64,000 bases of DNA from Anaerolineales bacterium (GTDB lineage Bacteria > Chloroflexota > Anaerolineae > Anaerolineales > E44-bin32): positions 138,283-202,282 of the forward strand of contig DAOULU010000006.1 of the NCBI GenBank assembly GCA_034417075.1, in the 5' to 3' direction. The notes beneath the pieces were generated by a model. That model made no database searches. It was not told the origin of the DNA and was given only the letters and a program-made list of their open reading frames with translations. This document shows, in pieces, positions 27,133-36,303 of this stretch. The position numbers were made by a program, and so were the translations under genes. The number at the start of each line of letters is the position of its first letter. The first letter of the stretch is position 1.

Positions 27133-28809
27133 ATGGTTGCGAATGTGCTCGTAGTTGAAGAGACGGAAGAATTCGGGTCTTTGATCCGTAACGCGCTCGA
27201 AGACACCGGGCGGTATCAGGTGTCACTGGCGATGAACGCTGACGAGGCGATCGAGATCGGAGATCGGGAAAATATCCACTTGCTAATCATCGACTTCGAT
27301 CTCTCCGAAGCCGATGCACCGGCCTGTATTCAACGCATCCAATCCACCAATCCGGACATGGCCATTATCGCCATTCCGCCCAACAACGATCCACACGATC
27401 CTGCCTTTTCAAGTCTCTCAATCCGCGGCGTGCTGACGAAGCCTTTTTACCTTCCCGAACTCAACGAGATCGTCTCCGCAGCGATAGATCTGCCAACGCA
27501 GGCTGTGGAAACGGATCAGATCCGGGAATCCATCCCGCAGGAACCCCCTTTCAGCGAGGCCGCGGAACCACCAACGCCCTGGCCTAACGACGTGGATCAA
27601 GCCACGCAGCACCTCGCCAGGGTATGCGGCGATACGTCTGCCGAAGCGTTGATCCTCTTGCATCACGGCCAGCGATGGGCACAAACGGGTGGAATTACAC
27701 CGGATCAAGCCGAAGGACTTGCGGTCAAGATTGCTGAAATTGGAGTCGGCGCTGGCGCCCGTGGAGCAATCACCACCCTGACTCGTTTACCAGGCACAAA
27801 GCGGGATTGCATCCTGTATGCCAATGGTCTGATACCGAATTGGATTTTGGCGCTGGTTTATCCCTCCGGCACATCCTTCGGGATCATCCGCCGCCAGGCT
27901 GGGCACACCGCGGACAGACTCAAATACATGGACCTGGATGATCACGAGGAAGACCTCCCTCCCATACCGACGTCCGCGCCCGATACCGCACCGATTTCAG
28001 CTCGAGACGAAGAAGATACATCGTTCGATGAAATCTTCGGTGTGGAGCCAGATGCCCAGGAAATTCCGTTTTTCGAAGATCTCGACCTGCCTCCCAAACC
28101 GATCCCTGCGCCCGATACCGCACCGATTTCTGCTCGAGACGAAGAAGATACATCGTTCGATGAAATCTTCGGTGCGGAGCCAGATGCCCAGGAAATTCCG
28201 TTTTTCGAAGATCTCGATCTTCCCCCTCCGGAGCCGGATGAAACGCCAGCGAAGGTTGACGAGGACCGGATCGAAGAAGCGGACACCGCTGCAGCGATTC
28301 CGGGGGATTGGGTGCCGGACAAACCCAAACCTGAATCCCACCTGCCTTTCCTCGAAGAAGGCGCCTTCCCGAGTACGGACTCCGCATCAACAGCGCTGGA
28401 GCCCATCCCGCTGCCCGACGCGGAGTACTACCTCCCCGTCACTGCAGTGCTTGTGCCTCGGTTCCCGGAACACCGCCTGACGGGTCCCCTTGTGGAAAAT
28501 CTACAGGAATGGGTGGTTCGCCTTTGCCTGGCGTGGGATTGGCGCGCGGATGAAGTGTCGATCGAACCCGATTATCTCTGCCTGACGATGAGCATTTCCC
28601 CGGAGACGGCGCCTTCGAACGCGGTTCTCCGGCTTCGGGATGATCTATCACAGCGGATACTCAGCGCATTTCCCGAATTTGTAGACGACCTGCCTTCCCG
28701 ACGTTTTTGGGCGCGCAGCTACCTGCTGATCACCGGCGGACCACCGCCAGCGAAACGACTGCAAGAGTTCGTCGAAACCACACGCAAGAGCCAAGGGATC
28801 GAAATCTAA
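27133..28809 (+). CDS. Receiver (REC)-like domain, acidic repeat linker, C-terminal IS200/TnpA (Y1 transposase)-like domain lacking the HUH motif
   Basis: N-terminus VLVVEETEEF...HLLIIDFDL...LTKPF resembles a CheY-like receiver, with EE in place of the DD pocket. The C-terminus aligns by eye to IS200 TnpA: YLPVTAVLVPRF (YHIVFxxKYR), PDYLCLTMSISPE (xDHxHxLxxxPP), RFWARSYLLITGG (FWxRGYYxxTVG). Confidence 0.7.
   Translation: MVANVLVVEETEEFGSLIRNALEDTGRYQVSLAMNADEAIEIGDRENIHLLIIDFDLSEADAPACIQRIQSTNPDMAIIAIPPNNDPHDPAFSSLSIRGVLTKPFYLPELNEIVSAAIDLPTQAVETDQIRESIPQEPPFSEAAEPPTPWPNDVDQATQHLARVCGDTSAEALILLHHGQRWAQTGGITPDQAEGLAVKIAEIGVGAGARGAITTLTRLPGTKRDCILYANGLIPNWILALVYPSGTSFGIIRRQAGHTADRLKYMDLDDHEEDLPPIPTSAPDTAPISARDEEDTSFDEIFGVEPDAQEIPFFEDLDLPPKPIPAPDTAPISARDEEDTSFDEIFGAEPDAQEIPFFEDLDLPPPEPDETPAKVDEDRIEEADTAAAIPGDWVPDKPKPESHLPFLEEGAFPSTDSASTALEPIPLPDAEYYLPVTAVLVPRFPEHRLTGPLVENLQEWVVRLCLAWDWRADEVSIEPDYLCLTMSISPETAPSNAVLRLRDDLSQRILSAFPEFVDDLPSRRFWARSYLLITGGPPPAKRLQEFVETTRKSQGIEI
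27952..28215 (+). repeat. In-frame tandem direct repeat, 2 x 132 bp (44 aa each), plus a partial third start
   Basis: Unit 1 27952-28083 is DLPPIPTSAPDTAPISARDEEDTSFDEIFGVEPDAQEIPFFEDL. Unit 2 28084-28215 is DLPPKPIPAPDTAPISARDEEDTSFDEIFGAEPDAQEIPFFEDL. DLPPPEPD follows. Confidence 0.95.
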
Positions 28810-28885
28810 CCCACAGCCTCCCCCACGAATTGCGCCTGGTGCTACAATTTAATACCTCACCGAATAATCCAAGGGAGCGTCCAGG

Positions 28886-31663
28886 ATGACTACCCAACCC
28901 CGATTATTTCTCATCGATGGCCATGCACTCGCATACCGCACTTACTTTGCATTAACGCGAGCAGGCGATCCCTCCCGCTGGATAACGAAATCCGGCGAGC
29001 CGACGGCCGGAACGTACGGCTTCGTCTCTGTGCTTCTCTCTCTCCTCGAGCGTGAGAAACCAGAGTATCTCGCCGTCTCTTTCGATACCGGCCGCACGTT
29101 CCGTGATGATCTCTTCGACGAGTACAAGGCCACGCGCGAAAAGATGCCCGACGATTTACGACTGCAAATCAAACGAATCCGGGAGGTCATCGCGGCCTTC
29201 GGTATCCCCATTCTCGAAGCCGAAGGATACGAAGCCGACGACGTGCTCGGCACCATCGCTCGAAAAGCGGCGGCACAGGATGTCCATACCGTCATCGTTA
29301 CTGGCGACCGGGATCTCCTACAGCTTGCCAGCGAGAACGTGACTATTCAATTATCTGGCCAGAAACTCTCCGAAGCGGCCGACTACGGACCAGAACAGGT
29401 TCGCCAGCGCTATGATCTCGATCCCGAGCAGCTGGTCGATCTGAAGGCCCTCGTCGGTGACAGCAGCGACAACATCCCGGGCGTGCGTGGCGTGGGTGAG
29501 AAGACTGCCACTTCGCTGCTCCAAAAATACCAAACCCTGGATAACATCTTCGCTAACCTGGAGGAGGTGAAAACCCGTTTCCGCAATAAATTAGAACAGG
29601 GTCGAGATGATGCGTATCTGAGCAGGGAGTTGGGCAAAATCGAAACGGATGTGCCTATCAAGTTCGATCTCGAATCCTGCCGTGCACAAGCCTACAATCG
29701 AGATAAAATCGTCCAGCTATTTCGGGAACTTGAATTCCGTACTTTGCTCAACCGCATCCAACTCGAAAAAGACAGCGGCGAACACCAGATGAGCCTATTC
29801 GTCAGCGACCAGCAGGGCAGCGGTGCAGAATCACGAACCGTGCACACCGTCGACGATGCCGAAAAACTCGAAAAATTGATCCAGCGACTGGAAGCGGCTG
29901 ACCACATTGCGTTCGACGTCGAAACGACCAGCACGGATGCGAGCCAGGCCAATCTCGTTGGAATATCGCTTGCCACCCAACCCGGAGAAGGATTTTACGT
30001 CCCCGTTGGGCATATCTCTCCCAAACACGGATCGCAACTGCCTGTAGAAACGGTTATCGAGGCTCTGCGGCACCCCCTGACCGATTCCGGCAAGCCCAAA
30101 GTGGGACACAATCTGAAGTACGATTACACCCTACTCGCACGCAACGGGCTTCGTGCGTCGCCGCTCGCATTCGATACCATGTTGGCCGAGTGGCTCTGCG
30201 ATCCCGCCTCCCGCAGCCTGGGATTGAAAAGCCTCGCCTGGATCCGCCTGGGTGTGGAAATGACGGACATCGAAACGCTGATCGGCCGTGGAAAGAATCA
30301 GCGCTCCATGGCTGATGTGCCTATTGCAGAAGTCGCGCCGTATGCCGCAGCGGACGCCGAAATCTGCCTGCGCCTCCTGCCCATCCTCGAGAAGGAATTA
30401 AAGGAGAAGAACCAGACGAAATTGTTCCAAGAGCTTGAGATGCCGTTGATTCCCATCCTGGCGCAGATGGAGATGACGGGAATCAGCCTGGACATCGATT
30501 TCCTGCGACAGTTTTCCGAGGAGCTGCAGGAACGAATGGCGGAAATCGAAGCTCAAATATTCGAAGAAGCCGGCAGCCAGTTCAACGTCAATTCGACACA
30601 GCAGTTATCGACCGTGCTCTTCGAGGATCTTAAGCTCGACCCGCCTGATCGTGCCCGCCGCACGTCTTCCGGTCACTACTCCACTGCCGCGTCGGTGCTC
30701 GAGGAACTACGCGACGCACATCCGATCATCGATCACATACTCGCCTTTCGCGAGATCGCAAAGATAAAATCCACCTACGCCGACGCCTTACCCCAGGAAG
30801 TCAACCCTCAAACGGGTCGCGTGCACACGTCCTTCAATCAAACCGGTTCGGTGACCGGCCGATTGGCTTCATCGAACCCCAACTTGCAGAACATTCCGGT
30901 ACGCACTGAAATTGGTCGTGAAATCCGCCGGGCTTTTATCGCTGAAAGCGGTCATACATTGCTCAGCGTGGACTACTCTCAAATCGAACTGCGCATCGTT
31001 GCCCACATTTCTGAGGATGAAGCGATGCTGCAAGCCTTTCGCGACGATCAAGATATCCACAGCGCTACTGCAGCGGCGATCTTTGGCGTCGAACCTGGAG
31101 ACGTATCGCCGAATCTGCGCCGACGGGCGAAAGCGATCAATTTCGGACTGATCTACGGAATGAGTCCCTTCGGGTTGACCCGCACCACGGATCTGACCCT
31201 CGCTGAAGCAGAAAATTTCGTGAAAGCATATTTCGATCGCTTTCCCGGTGTGCAGCGATATCTGGAGCAAACTCGACAAGAAGCCTCACAAGTCGGCTAC
31301 GTTTCGACGCTGCTGGGTCGAAGGCGATACTTCCCGCAATTAGCCGCATGGTCTACCGTATCCGAACAGGCTCGCGCCCGAGCGATGCGCGAGGCGATCA
31401 ACGCCCCGATCCAGGGCACGGCGGCCGACATCATTAAAATCGCCATGATACGACTCCCACAGGCACTACGCGAACAGAAATTGAAAGCCGATATGTTGAT
31501 TCAGGTTCACGACGAGTTGGTGCTCGAATGTCCGCAAAGCGAACTATCCAAAACCACCGCCGTCGTTCAGAAAATCATGCAAGGCGCATTCGACCTTCGC
31601 GTATCGTTGAAGACCGACGCCAAAGCGGGAGTGACCTGGGCGGGCATGAAACCCATAGAATAA
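28886..31663 (+). CDS. polA: DNA polymerase I
   Basis: 925 aa. 5'-nuclease N-terminus, 3'-5' exonuclease-like domain, polymerase motifs DYSQIELR, RRRAKAINFGLIYG, QVHDELV. SD AAGGGAG upstream. Confidence 0.97.
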   Translation: MTTQPRLFLIDGHALAYRTYFALTRAGDPSRWITKSGEPTAGTYGFVSVLLSLLEREKPEYLAVSFDTGRTFRDDLFDEYKATREKMPDDLRLQIKRIREVIAAFGIPILEAEGYEADDVLGTIARKAAAQDVHTVIVTGDRDLLQLASENVTIQLSGQKLSEAADYGPEQVRQRYDLDPEQLVDLKALVGDSSDNIPGVRGVGEKTATSLLQKYQTLDNIFANLEEVKTRFRNKLEQGRDDAYLSRELGKIETDVPIKFDLESCRAQAYNRDKIVQLFRELEFRTLLNRIQLEKDSGEHQMSLFVSDQQGSGAESRTVHTVDDAEKLEKLIQRLEAADHIAFDVETTSTDASQANLVGISLATQPGEGFYVPVGHISPKHGSQLPVETVIEALRHPLTDSGKPKVGHNLKYDYTLLARNGLRASPLAFDTMLAEWLCDPASRSLGLKSLAWIRLGVEMTDIETLIGRGKNQRSMADVPIAEVAPYAAADAEICLRLLPILEKELKEKNQTKLFQELEMPLIPILAQMEMTGISLDIDFLRQFSEELQERMAEIEAQIFEEAGSQFNVNSTQQLSTVLFEDLKLDPPDRARRTSSGHYSTAASVLEELRDAHPIIDHILAFREIAKIKSTYADALPQEVNPQTGRVHTSFNQTGSVTGRLASSNPNLQNIPVRTEIGREIRRAFIAESGHTLLSVDYSQIELRIVAHISEDEAMLQAFRDDQDIHSATAAAIFGVEPGDVSPNLRRRAKAINFGLIYGMSPFGLTRTTDLTLAEAENFVKAYFDRFPGVQRYLEQTRQEASQVGYVSTLLGRRRYFPQLAAWSTVSEQARARAMREAINAPIQGTAADIIKIAMIRLPQALREQKLKADMLIQVHDELVLECPQSELSKTTAVVQKIMQGAFDLRVSLKTDAKAGVTWAGMKPIE

Positions 31664-31781
31664 GACCAACGGAGGGGAATGGCAGCAGGATTGGCATAGA
31701 TACTTCAGATCGTTCAGCGACCGAAGATGACTTATGCTATACTCGCCTCGCCTTGAATTTTAATCCGGTGAAGAACGTCGA

Positions 31782-34130
31782 ATGACTGACCAGTTAAAAC
31801 TTTTTGAAGAATCGATGCGCCTTGGGCACTCTGCAGCCTGGGACCTCAAGTGGGACCGGGCAATTGAGTTCTACCGCAAGGCATTGGTGCAACTACCGGA
31901 AGATCCAGGTGCACTCACAAGTTTGGGATTGGCGCTGTTGGAGACCGAGCAGTATAAGGAAGCGCTTTCGGTCTATCATAAGGCAGCGAAGGTCACACCC
32001 AACGATCCGATTCCCCTCGAACGCTGCGCAGAGATCTTCGAACGCTTGGGGCAAATTAGCGACGCTGTCATGCAGCGCAATGCTGCAGCGCAACGCTACT
32101 TGGCTCGAAAGGACGCCCAGAAGGCCATCGATAATTGGATTCACATCGCGCGTCTGACTCCGGACGATCTGCACACGCGCTCCACCTTGGCGCTCACCTA
32201 CGAACGCACCGGAAATGCTCGCCAGGCTGTGTACGAATACATCAACGTGGCTTCCATACTACAAGGCGCGGGGAACACCGAGCGCGCCATCGAAGCCGTA
32301 CAGCGTGCCTTGCGCCTCGTCCCCGGGCACCCTGAGGCAGGTAAAGCCTTGCGAGCTCTCAAGGTCGGCGAGACACTAGCCCCGCCCACACAGCCGCGCG
32401 GCGCGACTGCGCCACTACGAATGGCCAAAGTCCAGGAATACATCAAAGCGGAAGCTGTGGAGACGGAAGCAGATGACGATGAAGTGGCAGATCCCGAGGT
32501 CGCGGCGCAGCGCGATGCACTCAAGATTCTGGCCGGCCTGCTGTTCGATGAACCCAGGGGAGATGACGAAGATGATCTCGATGAGGCGGAGGACAAACCT
32601 TCCGGCCTTTCCGCACTCACTGGAGGGCTGAGCCTTTCGGGCCGGAAATCCATCGGTCAGCCTCAGATGTACCGCTATCTCGGACAGGCGATCGATCTGC
32701 AAACACGTGGCAAAGACAAGGAAGCCATCAAGGAATTCGAACGAGCGATCAAAGCTGGTTTGGATCACCGCGCGGCACATTACAACCTTGGTATTCTCCA
32801 CAAAAAGTCCGAGGATTACCAGGCCGCTAAAAAGCATCTTGCCGCCGCCTTGGGCTACGAAGACTTAGATCTGGGAATCAACCTCGCCCTCGGTCGGATC
32901 GCTCGCACTGAGAAAGATCTACCTGAAGCTGCCAGATATCTGCTGCAGGCGCTGCGAATCGCCGATTCGTTGTCCGTCGATTCCAGTCAATCGGCGTCCC
33001 TCAATCAATTTTACGACGCCATGCTTGTTTCCCAGGAAGAAGGCAATGAAGAAGAACTTGATCGTATCGTTGAGAGCACGCTCAACTTCTTGAGTGGACC
33101 AGACTGGATGCGCCGTCTGCGGCAGGCGCGCATGCAATTGGAAAGCGAAGGCACGGAAAGTTCGGCTGTCGTTCCGATCGCCGAGATGCTCGCTGTGGGC
33201 GGAACGGACCGAGTGCTTCAATCCCTGGGCCGAATCGACGATCTTCTCGTCCGAGAATTGTACGCCGCGGCCATGGAAGAAGCCATGCTGACGCTGGATC
33301 ACGCACCTTCCTATCTGGCGCTCCATATGCGCATGGCTGAAATCATGATCCGCAGCGGCCGCCGGGAAGCAGGCTTGGAAAAAATGGGAATCGTCGCCGA
33401 AACGCATCGTGTGCGCGGTGAAAATTCTCAGGCCGCAGATGTCTACGCAAAGATCATCCGCGAAGCCCCGGTCAATATTCCGGCCAGAAACCGTTTGATC
33501 GAACTTTTCGTCCAACAAGATCGGCACAAAGAGGCTCTGGAACATTACATCGACTTAGCGGATATATATATGCAAATGGCAGAACTAGACTTGGCCAGAA
33601 AAGCCTTGGCAGCTGCACTCAGCCTTGCGCAGGACACTTCTGTTGACCGCGAATGGTCCGTAAAAATATTGCGGGAAATGGGCGATATTGACCTCTCTCG
33701 CCTGGATTGGCGCCGCGCATTGCGCGTCTATTCCCAAATCCGCACCCTGGATCCAAGCGACGAAAAGGCACGCACGAACGTGATCGATTTGAATTTACGT
33801 CTCGCGCAGGATGAACAAGCCGCTCAGGAATTGGATGGTTTGCTTGAATATCTCGTTCAGCACGATCGCGGTCAAGACGCTTTGACCTTCATTGAAGAAC
33901 TGGCTCGTGAGCATCCCGGGAAAAGCATTCTGCACGAACGTCTTGCCGAAGCGTACCTCGCTGCCGGTCGCAAAGCCGATGCGATTGCACAATTCGACGC
34001 GCTGGGTGAGATCCTTCTCGACAACGGGAATAATGCCGAAGCAATTCGAATCATCGAAAGAATTATTACTCTCCAACCTCCCGACATCGAAGGATATCAA
34101 GAATTGCTCAACAATCTGAGGAAAAATTGA
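31782..34130 (+). CDS. Tetratricopeptide (TPR) repeat protein
   Basis: 782 aa of Ala/Leu-rich 34-aa helical repeats (e.g. YKEALSVYHKAAKVTPNDP, AHYNLGILHKKSEDYQAAKKHL). Confidence 0.8.
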   Translation: MTDQLKLFEESMRLGHSAAWDLKWDRAIEFYRKALVQLPEDPGALTSLGLALLETEQYKEALSVYHKAAKVTPNDPIPLERCAEIFERLGQISDAVMQRNAAAQRYLARKDAQKAIDNWIHIARLTPDDLHTRSTLALTYERTGNARQAVYEYINVASILQGAGNTERAIEAVQRALRLVPGHPEAGKALRALKVGETLAPPTQPRGATAPLRMAKVQEYIKAEAVETEADDDEVADPEVAAQRDALKILAGLLFDEPRGDDEDDLDEAEDKPSGLSALTGGLSLSGRKSIGQPQMYRYLGQAIDLQTRGKDKEAIKEFERAIKAGLDHRAAHYNLGILHKKSEDYQAAKKHLAAALGYEDLDLGINLALGRIARTEKDLPEAARYLLQALRIADSLSVDSSQSASLNQFYDAMLVSQEEGNEEELDRIVESTLNFLSGPDWMRRLRQARMQLESEGTESSAVVPIAEMLAVGGTDRVLQSLGRIDDLLVRELYAAAMEEAMLTLDHAPSYLALHMRMAEIMIRSGRREAGLEKMGIVAETHRVRGENSQAADVYAKIIREAPVNIPARNRLIELFVQQDRHKEALEHYIDLADIYMQMAELDLARKALAAALSLAQDTSVDREWSVKILREMGDIDLSRLDWRRALRVYSQIRTLDPSDEKARTNVIDLNLRLAQDEQAAQELDGLLEYLVQHDRGQDALTFIEELAREHPGKSILHERLAEAYLAAGRKADAIAQFDALGEILLDNGNNAEAIRIIERIITLQPPDIEGYQELLNNLRKN

Positions 34131-34165
34131 TGATCGATAGAGGTTATGCAAGATAGGTCTCGACC

Positions 34166-35041
34166 GTGACGGATTTACTCAACGAGTTAGAATTATTCAT
34201 ACTGCGCTTCAACTGGCTGAGCTTGATCGATATCCTGCTCGTCACCGTTGTGATGTATTTGCTCCTGCGGCTCATGCGGGGCACGCGAGCGGAAGTCCTG
34301 CTGCGCGGTGTGATCCTACTCACACTTGGAATCGCCCTAATCACCTTGGTGCTCGATCTTCCAGCTTTCTCATGGCTGCTCCAAACGGCGTTACCGGCGC
34401 TGATCGTCGCGATTCCCGTGATCTTCGCCCCCGAAATCCGCCGTGCGCTGGAACAAGTGGGGAGAGCAGGAGATTTGTTAATCCTAGGAACACAGCCCAG
34501 CGCGATCGAAAATATGATCGACATCATCTGTGGTACAGCCCAGCGGCTTGCGGAACGCAGATTTGGTGCATTAATCGTCATTGAAAGAGACGTGCAGCTG
34601 GATGAATATGTCGAAACCGGCATTCCTATCGACGCGCAATTGACACCCGAACTTCTGCTGCAGCTCTTTTTCCACAACACCCCGCTTCATGACGGTGCAG
34701 TGATCATACGGGACGGGAGACTTATCGCAGCAGCCTGTGTAATGCCACTCTCCTCCAGCGGCACACTATCGAGATCACCGGCTCACCACTTCGGCCTACG
34801 CCATCGTGCCGCCTTGGGCATCAGTGAGGTCAGCGACTCGGTTTCCGTCGTCGTGTCGGAAGAGACGGGCTCAATATCGATCACCCACAACGGACGCATG
34901 ATCCGGCGCCTGGACCAGAATCGTTTACGCAACATCCTCACCGCCTTTTTCCAGCCGCGTACGACCAGCCGGCTCCCCGACTGGCTCGACCAATTGCTTG
35001 TGCGTTTCCAACATGCAAGTAGCGAAGCCCAGGGAGACTAA
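34166..35041 (+). CDS. cdaA: Diadenylate cyclase CdaA
   Basis: Three N-terminal TM helices plus a DAC domain (GALIVIERD, TPLHDGAVIIRDGRLIAAACVMPLS, GLRHRAALGISEVSDSVSVVVSEETGSISI). GTG start. Confidence 0.93.
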   Translation: MTDLLNELELFILRFNWLSLIDILLVTVVMYLLLRLMRGTRAEVLLRGVILLTLGIALITLVLDLPAFSWLLQTALPALIVAIPVIFAPEIRRALEQVGRAGDLLILGTQPSAIENMIDIICGTAQRLAERRFGALIVIERDVQLDEYVETGIPIDAQLTPELLLQLFFHNTPLHDGAVIIRDGRLIAAACVMPLSSSGTLSRSPAHHFGLRHRAALGISEVSDSVSVVVSEETGSISITHNGRMIRRLDQNRLRNILTAFFQPRTTSRLPDWLDQLLVRFQHASSEAQGD

Positions 35042-35049
35042 AGCCTTCC

Positions 35050-36297
35050 ATGTTGACTTGGTTCAGGGAGAACTTAGGGACCCTTCTGCTTTCATTGATC
35101 CTGGCCATCATGGTCTGGTTCATCGCCGTCAACGAAGATGATCCTCGCGTAGAACACCCGCTAGCCGATCCGGTTGATATTCAATTTACCGGCGTACCGG
35201 ATGGTTATCTGATCACCAACCCCTCCGCCACGCAAGCCAGCATTTCGTTGCTGACGACGCAATCAATCTGGAACGAATTATCCAGTACAGACATCCGTCT
35301 GGTAGCGGATATGTCCGGGCTGGAGCAAGGCACGTACAAAGTGCCGCTACAGGTAGAGCTTACGCGACGATTGGTCAAAGTAACAGAGATCACCCCGGAA
35401 TCCGTGATCGTCAGCCTGGAAGTAAAAGAAACAAAAACACTCCCGGTTCAGGTCGTAACGCTCGGCAGTCCGGCGCTGAGCTATACCGCCGAAGACCCGA
35501 TCGCCGAACCTCGAAACGCGACCATTGTCGGACCCGCTTCCGCGGTGGCTCGCGTTGTTGAATTGCGGGCCGCAATCAACTTGACCAACCGCCAGGAAAG
35601 TCTGGATCAATTGGTGACGCTCACCGCCATGGATGAAAACGGCCTCCAGATGGATGAGGTCCAGATTTCCCCCGAAACCGTGCGCGTGCAGATCCAGATA
35701 ACGCAGCAACCCAACTACCGCCTCGTATCCGTCATTCCCAAGATCGAGGGGCAGGACGAATTAGTGGAAGCCGGTTATCTGGTGACCGAGGTCACCGTTA
35801 CACCCCAATGGGTGACGATCTTTTCCTCCGATCCCCAGGCATTCGAGGACCTTCCGGGATACATCGAAACCGTTCCGCTGGACCTATCTGGAGCCGTAGA
35901 CGATGTCGAACAGCAACTACAGCTCGATCTTCCACCCGGCTTTTCCCTCGCACTTGAACAGACCGTAACCGTGAAAGTCGATATCGAACCGCGTACAAAC
36001 TCGATCACCATCAGCCGTCCATTGGATGTGCGCGGCATCGGTTCTGACCTCTACGCGCTGCTCTCTCCCGATGAAGTTTCTATAATTCTCACGGGTCCGG
36101 CTGCGCTTCTCAACACACTGCAGTCGGATGAGATCATCGTGGTCGTCGACGTGACCGGGTTAGAACCCGGAACCTACCAGATCACACCGCAGATCATCGG
36201 GATTCCAGAGACCATCGATGCCAGCGGCCCCATTCCGGCCACCATTCAAGTTACAATCAGCGCCACACCGCTGTCAACCCCTACCTCAGAACAATGA
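35050..36297 (+). CDS. cdaR: CdaR, YbbR-domain regulator of CdaA
   Basis: N-terminal TM helix followed by four repeated YbbR-like beta modules. Immediately downstream of cdaA. Confidence 0.85.
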   Translation: MLTWFRENLGTLLLSLILAIMVWFIAVNEDDPRVEHPLADPVDIQFTGVPDGYLITNPSATQASISLLTTQSIWNELSSTDIRLVADMSGLEQGTYKVPLQVELTRRLVKVTEITPESVIVSLEVKETKTLPVQVVTLGSPALSYTAEDPIAEPRNATIVGPASAVARVVELRAAINLTNRQESLDQLVTLTAMDENGLQMDEVQISPETVRVQIQITQQPNYRLVSVIPKIEGQDELVEAGYLVTEVTVTPQWVTIFSSDPQAFEDLPGYIETVPLDLSGAVDDVEQQLQLDLPPGFSLALEQTVTVKVDIEPRTNSITISRPLDVRGIGSDLYALLSPDEVSIILTGPAALLNTLQSDEIIVVVDVTGLEPGTYQITPQIIGIPETIDASGPIPATIQVTISATPLSTPTSEQ

Positions 36298-36303
36298 GCG
36301 CCG

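Noticed and set aside
27952-28215. Direct repeats considered as a CRISPR-like array.
   Set aside because: There are only two 132-bp units, directly abutting with no spacers, in frame inside a CDS. No cas genes are present in the window.
27133-28809. Possible IS200/IS605 insertion sequence.
   Set aside because: The HUH motif is replaced (Y-L-C). There are no flanking subterminal hairpins and no tnpB, and the domain is fused in frame to a receiver domain. I treat it as a domesticated fold, not a mobile element.
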